A stretch of DNA of 64,000 nucleotides from Octopus vulgaris. Lineage: Eukaryota. The position numbers and the translations under genes were made by a program. Under the pieces are notes generated by a model. That model had not been told where the DNA came from. It searched no databases and saw only the letters and a program-made list of their open reading frames with translations. Shown here in pieces: positions 26,041-39,355 of this stretch. Within the stretch, counting starts at the first letter, position 1. Each line of letters starts with the position of its first letter. The stretch is taken from assembly GCA_951406725.2 (NCBI GenBank), contig OX597816.1, positions 141,298,001 through 141,362,000 on the forward strand, read 5' to 3'.

Positions 26041-28269
26041 ATATATATATGTGTGTGTGTGTGTATGTAGTTTACAGTTCTGTTAATGTAGGGTCAACAA
26101 AAAATGTACTTCATCAAGTTAGAGATGAGTATCATTTAATGCAGACTGTATTAACTCAAGAGTTACTAATAGTTTTTTGCCATGATGACATATGGCTATG
26201 CAAGTTTTATAACATGCATTTTGTTTCCAAGCAACCTTGGAATATATTATGTATTGACATTAGTGCATTCAACAGAAAGAGCAGTCTCAGTATTAGGATG
26301 AAGTGATATATAATTTCTTGAATCTAAAATATACTGAGTCTATTTTTGCTGGTCTTTGAGTGATTATTTAAAAATTGAACAATTATTGAATGATTTGTTT
26401 TTGATGATTATTGAAAAATGGAATCACTTTTCAATAACTGTCCAAAGATCTGTAATGTGTTATTTGTAGTAATGATTTATGAATTTTTAGCGTCCAATAA
26501 TTATATATTCATCAATATAGCCATCATCGTCATCATCATAATTTTTTTGTCTGATTTCCATGCTGATTAGACAGGTCATGTCATCATGGTCTGATTCAGT
26601 TCTTATTCTGAGTTACTATTTCAGAGGGGTTGGAGGACCATGGATCCTTTGTATATTCCATTTTTGGCTCAGTTTCTATAGCTGGATTTTCCTAACATCG
26701 ATCTCTTTACAGAGTGTATTGAGTGCACCATGACAGAATGTAGTCATATATTTGAACTGGCTGAATAGTCCTCTTGAACCTATATTGCCTCTTTTCACTA
26801 ACCCCTTTACAGAGTACTGGGTGCATTCTATTGGGACACCAACATCAGTGAGTTTGTATATTGCCCTGAAAGACTAAAGGGTCCTCCCTACTCTAAGGTA
26901 TTTCCATTCATTCAAAGTGATGTGACTGAGAGGATGAATAGAAGAGAGAGCTGTGATGAAAGAATCAGGATGAGTAGATGATGAAAAAAGCAAGAAACAG
27001 ATGTAAGAAAAAGTGATTAGGTATGAGAGTGATACAGCAGAATGGAAAAACAGGAATGCTTAGAATGGGAGGGTGGTAGAGAAGGGAGAGTCAGAGTAAA
27101 GGGAGTGATAGTAGCTACATGTTTATTGGGGAAAGAGAAATTGAATGATGGATAATAATAAAGGTAGATGAGGTGAAAGAGAATAATGGGTGTCAATAAC
27201 AAGTGACTAGAGGGAGAGTGAGTGATGGCTGGCAGCATAGAAAACATAATGGTAGAGTGTATGATGTGAACATGTCTCGTTTTTTAGTATAAGGAGTTGT
27301 AGTGCAGAGATGGGGTTGATAGAACTTCATGCACATAAAATATTTGTCTCCTGATATGAGATCTTTCGTAGTTAACAAGACTAACTTTTAAAAACAGTAG
27401 AACTTTGACAACTATGTCACAATTTGATTTGCAGTTTTTTTCCCCTCAAAAAGAAGACAGTGATTTCAGATCTGCTTTTATTTATTACATGTTACCAATT
27501 ATCAGTGTTAAAACCTCAAACTGTTTCTTGTGATATCATGAAATCTCTTATTTCAGTTTGTGGTGGATATGTTTACCAACAAGTAATTCACCATTAAATA
27601 ATTGCTTTGGAAGCTTGAAATCATCAAATTTGATGATATGACTAATCCAATGCATATAATACTTGATAAGGTGAACTTCCATACTGAGAGAGCCTTCAAT
27701 TTGTAACACTTCTAAGTCTAGTGTAAATGATTTTTAGCTGATGTTTGATATATGTCTTAATCACTTCTTGTGAAATATTTTTTCTGCTCCTGACATCAAA
27801 GAGCATATCTGTAGTGCCTCTGTCACCTGACATCAAAGAGCATATCTGAAGTGCATCAGATGACCATGATGGGAAATATTTTTGTTTGCAAACAATTCAA
27901 CAAGAATCATTGATGAACTAGTGAATCATTCCACACATTGAGAACCACAACTTTGGAAAATAATAGGAAATGCTTTAATATTATTATTATTTCTATAAAA
28001 CTCCTCAATATGATCCACATTTCATTTTATTATTGATTTATTGATTTATTCATAAGAAAAACATACAAGAAGCTTTACTCCTTTAATATTTATGTGTGTT
28101 AGGGCACTGGAGCCAGTTGAAATATTAACACACTAAATTAACTTTGTCTAGTTTAGTACCTTGCCTTTTTGAGTAAAATATCATGTTTGTTTCTTACAAA
28201 AACCTAATATTTCAGCTTCAGTATTATATAATTGTTATATGCATGTTAGCAATCTTAAGGCATGCTATT

Positions 28270-28680
28270 TATCATAGAAAATGCTGTTATAATAAGAAAT
28301 GATGTTATCTACAAGAGAAAAAAATTGTTATTTATTTTAGAATATGTTAGCATCAATCATTTGACATGTTGTTGTCAATAGAACATTTTATCTATTTTGA
28401 ACACGTTTACTATTATATTGTAGAACATGTAGCCTATTGCAGGACATCAGTCATCTGTTGTAGGGCATGTTTTATCTGTAAGAGATATTGTTTTCTCTCA
28501 TAGAATATGTTCTTATATATCAAAAGACAATTTGCTGTCTACCATAGCCCATGTTGTTAGCTGATAAAGAACACATCTATAATAGGACATGTTACCTAGC
28601 ATAGGACAAGTTAACTATCATCAGATACATTGCATATTATCTAAGATAGGACATACATATTATTATCCATCATAAGACTT
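28270..28680. repeat. Old degenerate minisatellite, ~20-bp unit (atagGACATGTTATCTatc-like)
   Basis: Recurrent tagaacat / taggacatgtta / tagaatatgtt motifs. Confidence 0.6.
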
Positions 28681-28846
28681 GCCAACTATATAGTTTCAGG
28701 TTCAGACCCACTGTGTGGCATCTTGGCCAAATGTCTTCTGTTGTAGCACCTGAGCCAACCAAAGATTTGTGACTAGATTTAGCAGCTGGAAACTGAAAGA
28801 AGCCGGTCATTTACATGGAACATGAATATTAAATGATGAATATATA

Positions 28847-30460
28847 TCAGGTCATTAAGAATGAAATGTCTGATTTTGAACTGAAAGTTTATTTTACTTT
28901 ATCTCAACAAAAATCAATGCAGTTAATCAAAGTATGCACCTAAATTATCAACACAATTTTGCCATTTTATCAGTGGCTTATTTATGCCAGTAGCAAAGAA
29001 TTCTGGAGAGCAAGAGATTATGAAATCACGCCCATTCAAAGTACCTTGGATTTCAGAACAACCTGCTGTGCTTGAGGAGACCTATTGAGTCAAGTACATG
29101 AACATCGAAATAAATATCAATGGAAATAGTAGTTGTGATACCTGTGCCGGAGTCACATAAAAAGCACCATCCGAACGTGGCTGATGCCAGCGGCGCCTTG
29201 ACTGGCTTCTGTGCCGGTGGCACATAAAAAGCACCATCCGAACGTGACCGATGCCAGTGCCGCCTTGACTAGCTTCCGTGCTGGTGGCACGTTAAAAGCG
29301 CCAACCAATCGTGGCCGCTGCCAGACTCCCCTGGCACCTGTGCCAGTGGCACGTTAAAAGCACCCACTACACTCACGGAGTGGTTGGCGTTAGGAAGGGC
29401 ATCCAGCTGTAGAAACTCTGCCAGATCAGACTGGAGCCTGGTGCAGCCTCTTGGCTTCCCAGACCCTGGTCAAACCGTCCAACCCGTGCTAGCATGGAAA
29501 ACGGACGTTAAATGATGATGATGATGATGATAGGGCTGTTTTTACATCTTCAGATTTGAAGTTTTTTCCTGGAAAAAGGTAGTCTAATGCCTGGAAAACA
29601 TGATAGTTAGTTGGTGCAAGGTATGGTAGATGACAGAGTACTTCGAAGTTCAGTTCCTGTAACTTGAGTAGCATTCTTTGTGCAATATGTGGCCGAGAAT
29701 TGTCTTGCAAGAGAATTGACCTGTCTCTACACTCATCATTTCATCCAATTGGTTGATGTATACATCCACTGTAATTGACTTACCAGGTCTCATGAAGCTG
29801 TAGGGGATGACACCAGTACTAAACCACCAAATAGACACCATTAACTTTTTTTTGGCAAATATTCTTTTTTGGATTGTGTTTTGGCTCTTTGTCTCTATCA
29901 AATCACCATGCAGAATGCTTGCTATTGTTGAAAAGGATCCATTTTTCATCACATCACAATACAATGCAAAAATGTTTTGCTTTTATGCTGTGACAGCAAA
30001 GAACAGCAAGTTTCAAGATGATGTGTCATTTGATGCTTGTTCAGTTCATGTGGTACCCACTTGTCCAGCTTCTTTACCTTGCTGATTTGTTTCAGATGGT
30101 CCAATATAGTTGGAATTGAAACATCAAGCCTTGCTGCTAACTCATGTGTAGTTTGAGATGTATCTGCTTCCACTACAGTTTCAAGCTTATCCTTATCTAC
30201 CTCGGTCTCAGGTCTACAATGGGGCTGATTTTCAAGAGTAAAATCACGAGACCAGAACTTCTCAAACCCTCGATGTATAGTGTGCTCATCATTCACCACA
30301 TCTCAAAATACCTCAATGATGTTTCGAGCTGTCTGGGATGCATTGGTTCCACAACAGAACACATATTAATAAACAACAAGAATTTTTTATCTATCCATGG
30401 GTTCAGCTGTCCCAACATGCTCTCATCTCACTCATGCAAAAATGGAAAAGTAAACATTTA
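28847..30460 (-). mobile_element. Mariner relic with a nested family A SINE (~29032-29531, + strand)
   Basis: KKLDKWVPHEL, CD.KW, KKLMVSIWW, QDNSRPH, HLPYLAPTNYHVFQALD; TA-tcaggtca end. Confidence 0.85.
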
Positions 30461-30519
30461 AAACAACGTTATTGATGATACACATATACACAACACATAA
30501 TATATACATACATACATAT

Positions 30520-30552
<33 letters not shown>

Positions 30553-30610
30553 TATATATATGTACATATATGTATATATGTATGTATATATATATATATA
30601 TATATATATA

Positions 30611-30724
30611 ATAATAAATATTAGGGAATAAATCCAAATTTACAAGGAAAAATCAGATTATTTTATGTATTGGCTTAAGTCTTTCTTTGTTTGATTTGCA
30701 TAATAGTGGTTTTGTCTCTAATTT

Positions 30725-30730
<6 letters not shown>
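30611..30730. mobile_element. Rearranged relic of the palindromic element family seen at 41196-41625
   Basis: 30611-30659 is the reverse complement of ~41573-41623; 30661-30730 matches ~41471-41535 directly; (TA)n on both sides. Confidence 0.8.
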
Positions 30731-30766
<36 letters not shown>

Positions 30767-30769
<3 letters not shown>

Positions 30770-30843
30770 CAGGACAATTGTTTTGATATTAATAAATTAT
30801 GTAATTTTACTCACATAACATATCTGTAGCTCCTCAGCCGAAC
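30767..30843 (-). ncRNA. Type I hammerhead ribozyme motif, core G12->A mutated
   Basis: Minus strand gttcgg CTGAGGA g...atatc AAAA CAATTG TC ctgaac; 6-bp stem I, palindromic loop III, GUC site. Confidence 0.7.
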
Positions 30844-31020
30844 CCGTCCAGAATACAATTAGGTGCAGGAGTGGCTGTGTGGTAAGTAGCTTGCTTACCA
30901 ACCACACAGTTCTGAGTTCAGTCCAACTGCATGTCACCTTGGCCAAGTGTCTTCTATAACCTCAGGCCGACCAAAGCCTTGTGACTGGATTTGGTAGACA
31001 GAAACTGAAAGAAGCCTGTC

Positions 31021-31063
<43 letters not shown>

Positions 31064-31064
<1 letters not shown>

Positions 31065-31231
31065 TTTATTTTAAGCAGCAGAAAATTCAACAAAATCTGT
31101 TACTCTGAGTTTCTCAGAGTAACAGATTTTGTTGAATTTTCTGCTGCTTAAAATAAAGCATATTACTCTACCACTGGTATTTGAGTACTCTTTTTTCCAC
31201 CTTGTTTCACATTTATGTGTTTACTCCGGTC
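31064..31231. mobile_element. Perfect palindrome (46-bp arms, 3-nt loop, 31064-31158) plus a one-sided tail, in (TA)n
   Basis: ctttattttaagcagcagaaaattcaacaaaatctgttactctgag TTT ctcagagtaacag...aaataaag; minus strand reads GAAACTCAGAGTAacag, like a hammerhead 3' half. Confidence 0.85.
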
Positions 31232-31856
31232 TATATATATATATATATAGTTAACAGATTTTCTGAGATAAGATAAGTCATGAATTTCTTTTTAAAAAAT
31301 ATTGTTGAATTTTGTTTGACTGTTATTGTAAAAATATTGATTTCTATTTGTATTTTGTTAATTATAAGTTACGATACGTATATTTATTTACTTATTATTA
31401 TTATTGTTATTATCTTGTAATCTATAATCTTAACATATTACATATAATTTACATTGGGAAATAGTTTTGTAAGACAAAATCTTATTGCATTGGTAGTAAT
31501 TTTTTTGTTATATAATATTACATTTAAGTAAATATTTTTAATAATAATTGAAACTTTGGTTAATTCTATAAATGAGTGAAATATTAAATCTATACATAAA
31601 TTGAATTAATTATATAATAAGTTTAACTAATTTGTGTGTGTATATTTGAACCATTTTCTATTTTTAATTCTTGTGGTTATAGTTTGTAGTAGTATTATGT
31701 ATATAAGCTAGCATGAAGTTTTTTAGTATATATTATATAATTAGATTAAGATTAAACTTAGATGTTCATTAAATAAATACATAAATAAATAATTTAATGG
31801 ATATAGATTAAATTATAGTATTTTAGTTTCACTTAATGTATATAATGTATATTATG

Positions 31857-31948
<92 letters not shown>

Positions 31949-32302
31949 TTAAATATTATATTTTAATTTTCCAGTAATGATATACTATAGTTTGTTATTT
32001 TTTTCTTCTATAAGCTAAATATAGATTTTCATAGATAAAAAAATATTTCTATCTATTTATTCTAGTTTTATTTACACCATGTTTTAACGTGATAAATTTT
32101 ATTATAAACACTAAGTCCTAGGTATTAAGTTTAATGATTTAATTAACAGAATATATTCAATAAGATATTTCATGTTTTTATTTTAAGATATATTGTTGAA
32201 TTTTGTTTGGTTTTTATTGCAAAATTACGTATTTTTATACATTTATTTTTTCTTATAAGATAATATACGTACATTTATTTAATTATTTTATTGTTTTTAG
32301 CT

Positions 32303-32380
32303 TAGACCTGATGAGTGATTATATCTAAATTGAATTGATTTTATTGTTACCTTTTGAAAATATAGCCACGAAACACATAT
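32303..32380 (+). ncRNA. Hammerhead relic (5' core, stem II and GAAA; cleavage strand lost)
   Basis: gacCTGATGAgtgattatat...atatagccacGAAAcac. Confidence 0.55.
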
Positions 32381-32934
32381 ATACTATTTATTTATTATTT
32401 CATACTTTATTTAGGTAAATATTTTATCGTATCTTTAATTTTTTCTATATGGTATGATTTAAGTAAATCATTGTTGAATTGCTACATGGTGATTCTTCTC
32501 TAATTTATATACATGTAATATATTATATATGTGTGTGTGTGAATGTTTGTGTGTCTGTATTTGTCACCTAACATTGCTTCACATCTGATGCTGGAGTGTT
32601 TACGTCCCCGTAACTTAGTGGTTTGGCAAAAGAGACCAATAGAATAAGCACTGGGCTTACAAAGAATAAGTCCTGGGGTCGATTTGCTTGACTAAAGGCA
32701 GTGTCGCAGCATGGGTATGGTCAAATGACAGTAAGAAGTAAAAGAATGAAAGAATATATACATATCATCATCATTTAGCGTCCGCTTTCCATGCTAGCAT
32801 GGGTTGGATGGTTCAACTGGGGTCTGGGAAGCCAGAAGGCTGCACCAGGCCCAGTCTGATCTGGCAATGTTTCTACGGCTGGATGTCCTTACTAGCGTCA
32901 ACCACTCCGTGAATATGTATCCCAGATTCTAATA

Positions 32935-33150
32935 ATGGTTTCAAATTTTGCCACCAGGGCAGCAATTTTGGGGGAGGGGATGAATTGATTACATTGACCC
33001 CCGTGTTTAACTGGTACTTATTTGATCAACCCTGAAAGCATAAAAGGTGAAGTCAACCTTGGCAGAATTTGCACACAGAATGTAGCAACGGACGAAATAC
33101 CGCTAAGCATTTTGTCCAGCGCACTGACAATTCTGCCAGTTCGCCACCTT
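32935..33150 (-). mobile_element. SINE family C, preceded by a family A fragment (32765-32910)
   Basis: ctggtacttatttgatcaaccctgaaag...ctgccagttcgccacc. Confidence 0.8.
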
Positions 33151-33639
33151 ATCCCAGGTTCGAATAATAGCAGTCACTGATTGCCTCCCCTAACATTTAT
33201 TTGCATGCTGATTCTTTTACAAAATATTCTTCCTCCTACTAACATGGAATGGAAGCTTATTATCATAGCATGAAAATGTAACATTATCACTAACTACTTA
33301 AACATAATTAGAATAAGCAAAATCAGTTAGCTATATAAATATTTAATTTCATAAAAATATATAAATATATTTTGTCCAACATAAAATTTCTTTGCATTTT
33401 TCTTCTTTTTATATTTTTCACTACAATTCACTACTTGGAATTTTTTCTTGACCCTTTTCAATACTGCACACACACAAATTCATACACACACACACACACA
33501 CACGTATATATATATAGAGAGAGAGAGTGAGAGAGAGAAAGGGTGTGTGTGAAAGAGAATGTGAAAGAGAGATGTAATGTGCTTTTGTATAGTTCTTTGT
33601 GTTTGGCTCTCATCACTTGATGATCCATGTTATTTGGTT

Positions 33640-34830
33640 TAACTCTTAAATGTCTTGTTTGTAATTTTGTCTCTCCCAACACCAGTGCTGACTCCATTGC
33701 TGATACATTATTGCATGAGAAAAATGAATACATGCAAATAGATGTCTGTTCCCTTATAAATATTACATAAGGAGGCAAATATGTTATTTATTTATATATT
33801 TGATATTACTTATTGAAAATTTTTCTAGTTTTCTGTTCTGTTTAGAGAGATTGATGAGGTCACAGACCAATTTATAATAACATATGAACTTAGAGATTTC
33901 AACAATTGTATATGGAGCCAACTTGAGAATCACAAATAAAATTCTAGCTAACTGGTACAATTTAGTGACTCATCACAAAGAGAGATGAAATAAGTACTAG
34001 ACTTCAAATAACTACTGGTTTTGATTTCATCAACTAATAACACTTGAAGGCACTGCTCCAGCATGGTCACAATCCAGTGACTGAAACAAGTAAAAAAAAT
34101 GAAAGGAAAGAGAATAAAAGACTAAAAAAGAAGGCATTGTGTGTATGCTGTGTAAGTAAATATGCCTTATACTTTGCATAGAGACTTTCAACAGAAATGA
34201 TTAAAGGGCCTGTCTGAAATATTAGATATTTTTTCTCATTTAGAAAAATTTTTTACTGATCTCACACTTGCTTATACACAGCATCACTAGTTTCTTTAAA
34301 TTCTTCCGATTATTCTGCATTTGTATTTAAAAAAAATTTTTTATTGGAATAGGGATGTTGAATTTGGTGTGTATATATCTGTGTGTATTGTTGTTTGGCT
34401 TGTGAAACGATTTTGTTATGACAAATGTAGTAACATATTGACTGTTTTAAAATGAAAAATACTATTGTTGGTTGTTTCTCTTGCATCATTTATTCTGAAG
34501 TTGCAAATCAATTATTCAATGTAATTTTTATTATTTAAAAATAATACTACAATTTTTTTTTTATGTCTTTTTTAGAATTTAAAAAAAACTTTCTTTGAAT
34601 ATGGGGGACTCTGTTTTGTGTATGTGTGAAAGACTAATAAAATAGTATCTCTTAGGAAATACTTCATAAAAAATACAAACAACATATAAAAGTCCACTTC
34701 ACTTATAATCAAATAATAGATCTTGTTCAAAATGTAGGCTGGCAGCCATCATGTATATATGCATGAAGTGTGTGTGCATGTATGCATGTGTGTGTCTGTA
34801 TGTGTGTATATGAGTGTGTGCATGCACGTG

Positions 34831-34861
<31 letters not shown>

Positions 34862-35463
34862 TGTATGTCTGTGTGAACCTATGTATAATTATATTCACAA
34901 TAAAATATCTTATTTTGTAATGCATGCATAAGATTTAAGATTCAGTTAAGTGATTAACTCAGTAAAACACATTGCAATGTAATAAACAGTATATGTATAA
35001 AACTTTTGCTTCATTTCAGTTTTGTACATATAAAGAGTATTTTTAGATTTTATGTCAAGATTTTGCTTCTAGCCATCTATTGATCTCTGTTTTGTTATCT
35101 AGTTGCTGGACGGCAGCCATATGGCTTGCTTAATATTGGGCTAACTCCTAACTCTTAAATGTCTTGTTCATAATTTTGTCTCTCCCAACACCAGTGCCAA
35201 CTCCATTGCTGATACATTATTGCATGAGAAAAATTAATACATGCAAATAGGTGTCTGTCCCTTTATGAATATTACTTAAGCAGGCAAATATGTTATTTAT
35301 TTATATATTTGATATTACTTATTAAAATTTTTTCTAGTTTTCTGTTCTGTTTAGAGAGATTGAAGAGGTCACAGACCAATTTATAATAACATATGAACTT
35401 AGAGATTTCAACAATTGTATATGGAGCCAACTTGAGAATTACAAATAAAATTCTAGCTAACTG
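33640..35463. repeat. ~315-bp local direct duplication (33640-33954 and 35149-35463)
   Basis: taactcttaaatgtcttgtt...aaattctagctaactg present twice with scattered substitutions. Confidence 0.95.
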
Positions 35464-35877
35464 ACACAGTTTAGCAGTTTTGGCTTGTATTTTATTGGAA
35501 TTATTATTCATATTATTTATTTGTATTCATTCCATCACTAGTCAGATGGAATGGAGAATATTGTTGTTTAGCTTTCAGATTAGTCTTGATCAAGTAAACT
35601 TTTAATCAAAATTGTAGAAGCTGTGACTAGCACTATCTTTTTTACTCAGGCATACTACGATTAAGCCTATATTATCCAATGTGTGCCTCCTGTTTATAAA
35701 TCTAGCTTTATAAAATGCTAACGTTAAATTCAACTTACGTAAACTAATAATGTTTGCTTTAGAAGCATTGAGATATATTGAAAGATACAGAAATAATTTA
35801 TTCTCAACCACATGATAATGCTAATACAATAACATGAACAGGATAAACTATCCATATATTGCAGAAAAATCATTACT

Positions 35878-35950
35878 GGCCAGCCATGAGACTTGAACTT
35901 ACATCCTTGTGATTATGTGTCAAGTGCTTTACCTTTAAGCTAAACTGCCC
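35878..35950 (-). pseudogene. Degenerate tRNA-like sequence (CAT anticodon, Met-like)
   Basis: Minus strand ggcagtt TAGCTTAAAGGTAAAGC acttga cacataa tca...aaGTTCAAGTct; stems imperfect and position 33 is not U. Confidence 0.5.
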
Positions 35951-35994
35951 AGTAACGAATTGTTCTGCAATTTTAGGATTGATGTGTTATCTTC

Positions 35995-36200
35995 TATTTT
36001 TCACTTGTTTCAGTCATTTGTTTGCTGCCATGCTGGGGCACTGCTTTGAAGGGTTTAGTCGAACAAACTAGCCCTAGTATTTATTTTTTTAAGCCTGGTA
36101 CTTATTCTATCGGTCTCTTTTGCTGAATCACAAAGTTACAGGGACAGAAATGAACCAACACTGGTTGTCAAGCAGTGGTAGGGGGAGAAACACACATGCA
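35995..36200 (-). mobile_element. SINE family B, 3' half
   Basis: cttgtttcagtcattt...ggtacttattctatcggtctcttttgc. Confidence 0.75.
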
Positions 36201-36877
36201 CAAAGATATATGTATATGTATATTAAAAAAATCATGATCCAATAGAATCGAGGTATTTTAAATAACAAAAGCACCAAGGTAGATTTGGAGATAGTTCACC
36301 TGTGCAATATCAGTGTGTATAGACACTCAATGTATTTACCAAAGTAAATACTGACTTGTCCTTCCAGTTAAGCATACATTCACAAGTAGTGACCAAATAC
36401 TTAATCTACCAGAAGAAAATGTTTTTTTTTCACATGATGTAATTGTTTGGTCGACTTCAGAAAGAGAGCCAGGCACATGGATTTGATATTCAATTCCTAC
36501 CAGCAACTCACTATGGTATTCTACATCTAGTGCCTGTGGAAAGTAAATTTTGTAGCTTGAATTACTCCTATTTTCTCATTGCCATCATGGAACATGGCAA
36601 GTTGTTCAGAATCTTTTCTTCATCTCAGATAACTTTATGGAACATTGTGTGCTCACTGTATGAGTTAGCTTGTCACATATTTGAATAAAATCTTGGACGC
36701 AAAGTTATTCATGCACAGATATTTACTGCACAGAGTTATTTCACAGCCATTGGAATAATGACTCAGTCCAATTATCAAAGTGTTGATGTTTTCATTAGCG
36801 ACATCACTTGCTAAAGTTTTATTCATCTGTAAAGAATGTGTCTGAAACAGCTGTAGTGAACTTCAGTCCATCTATGT

Positions 36878-36912
<35 letters not shown>

Positions 36913-37124
36913 CTGTAGTTCATATATCTGAAAAAAAAGCATTAGTGCAGGTTATGCGCCTTCAGCCATTTGAGTCTGGCTAGTTGTTTATACTGCTAAG
37001 TGCTTTATAGGTGTGAAACCAATAGTCACTCTATGACTGGCCATAATTTTCAACTTCCTAATACATATATATATATATATATATATATACATATGTATAT
37101 ATATCAAAATCAAAATCAAAATTA

Positions 37125-37688
37125 AACCAAATCAAATCCGATATCAGAAAGCAGAACCAAAATCGAAGTCGATCAACATCAATGGAAATTGCAGCTGTGG
37201 TACCAGTTCCGGTGACAATTAAGCGAACCATCCGATCGTGGCTGTTGCCAGTGCCACCCTGACTGGCCTCCGTGCCAGTGGCACGTAAAAGCACCATCCG
37301 TTTGTGTCCGTTGCCAGCCTTGCCTGGCCCCCGTGCCGGTGGCACGTAGCACCATCCGAACGTGGCCGTTGCCAGCCTTGCCTAGCCCCCATGCCGGTGG
37401 TACGTAAAAGCACCATCCGTTTGTGGCCGTTGCCAGCCTAGCCTGGCCCCCGTGCTGGTGGCATGTAAAAAGCACCACCCGTCCGTGGTCGTTTGCCAGC
37501 TCCGTCTGGCACCTGTGTGGGTGGCACGTAAAAAGCACCCACTACACTCACGGAGTGGTTGGCGTTAGGAAGGGCATCCAGCCGTAGAAACACTGCCAGA
37601 TCAGACTGGAGCCTGGTGCAGCCTCCTGGCTTCCCAGACCCCGGTCGAACCGTCCAACCCATGCTAGCATTGAAAGTGGACGTTAAAC

Positions 37689-37739
<51 letters not shown>

Positions 37740-37740
37740 A
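37125..37740 (+). mobile_element. SINE family A with ~5 internal 60-bp units and a (GAT)n tail
   Basis: Repeated cgtgcc(g/a)gtggcacgtaaaagcacc followed by the family A 3' block. Confidence 0.85.
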
Positions 37741-38779
37741 TATTAAAGAATGTAGTTGTGTAAAGCTGAAACAATGTGAGAAAGTAAAAAGAAAACAGAA
37801 CAAAGTTGCAGTTTTACTTTGTATTTCTATATTTCGGAGTGAAGACTTCTTCTTCATGACATTTGAAAAAGTGGTAATTGAAAAAGGTTGTTGCTTAGAC
37901 GAGTGTGTGTGTGTGTGGGGGGGATGGGAGGGCAGGAGAGAAAGGAAGAAGGTGACATACGTGGACTGTTGTTGCTATAGCAACCAGTCTACTCCATGTA
38001 GTTCCTTCTTGTTGTTAATGGTTGGTGGGGATACTTACCACTCTACCACTGAGGAAGGACTACAGTCTTTAAAGTTATACCTCACAGTGCTTTACCAAAA
38101 CTACCTCATTTTAATGTCCTCATACACCCACGTGCATGCGCACGCACACACACACACACAATGGACTTCTTTCAGCTTCTGCCTATCAAATTCACTCACT
38201 ATGGTCAGCCACAGGCTGTTGTAGAAGACACTTATCCAAGGTGCCATGCAATGGAACTGAGCCCAGAATGATTTAGTTGGGAAGAAAGCTTAGTGTGTAT
38301 GAAGTATGCATGTGTATGCATGTATGCGTATGTGGGTATGTGTTTTTAACTATATTTAAGAGTGTATCCCTATGTTATGTGTGTATGTTTATGTCTGCAT
38401 ACATATTTTGAATGAAATACACCCACACCCATGCAAATTCCAATTTATAAAACTCTGTAAATGTGTGAAAATATTTTGATTTAAATTAATGTGTCTATCC
38501 AAAAAAATACCCTTCAGATAGATATTGACAGTTAAATTAAGAGGGATTAAAAACAAAAATATGGTTTATATAATCACAATATTGACATAGAAATCCTGAT
38601 AAAAACTTATAAAGTTTCAAAAATATATAAAGACAAAACGAAATTTGAATATAGTTTATATAAAATGTTTTGATAAATTAAGTTTCAGGTGGAGAAGAAA
38701 AAAAATCATGTAATTTGGTTATCAGGTATTTGTATAAACATAACCATTAGTCGCTTTTTCTAATAGCTGTTGTTACTGT

Positions 38780-39355
38780 TATCTTCCTCCTCTTTTCCTC
38801 CCCCTCCCCACCAACTTTTCTCCCTCTTCCCTCCTCCCTCCCCTCCACTCAACTCCTCCAGCCCTCTTCCTCCTTACCTGCCACTCTGCCTCATTCTGCC
38901 TTTTGCTTCCTCCACCTCCTCCTTACCCTTCCTTCATTCCTTCCTCCACTCCTCCCGTATCCTCCCCTTTCCCATCCTCCCCTGTATCCCCTCTCCCCTT
39001 TCTTCACTTTATCCTTCTTCCCCTATCATCCTCTTCATCCTCTCTCCTCCTCCTCTTCTCATCTTCCACTTCCCCTCCTTTTCTGCACCACTCTTCCCAT
39101 CTTCATCCTCCTCCCCTGTCCCTTCCTCCCCTTCCCCACCTCCCCTCCCCTCCCCTCCCCTCCCCTCCCCACCTCCCCTGTCCCTCCTACCTGTCTCTTT
39201 TCCCTGTCCCCTCCTTCCCATCTCCCCATTTGTCTCCGCTCCCATACCCTGCTGCCCTGCCCTTGCCCTCCAGGACTCGGCTCCTCTCCTCTTCTTCCTC
39301 CTCTTCTCCTCCCATCCTCCCTCCCTTCTTCTTCTTCTTCTTCTTCTTCTTCTTT
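38780..39355. repeat. Polypyrimidine/polypurine low-complexity tract
   Basis: Almost only C/T on +, including (CCCCT)n and (CTT)n. Confidence 0.9.

Larger units (their letters stand above)
30862..32755 (+). mobile_element. SINE family B split by ~1.5 kb of insertions in its internal microsatellite
   Basis: 5' half at 30862-31023 and 3' half at 32530-32755. Confidence 0.75.

Noticed and set aside
27790-27858. 37-bp tandem duplication ctgacatcaaagagcatatctg
   Set aside because: Two-copy slippage duplication with no further structure
33845-33885. TTGATGA-ggtc-aca-gacc (TTGAAGA in the duplicate) resembling a hammerhead 5' core and stem II
   Set aside because: No GAAA follows and stem I cannot form
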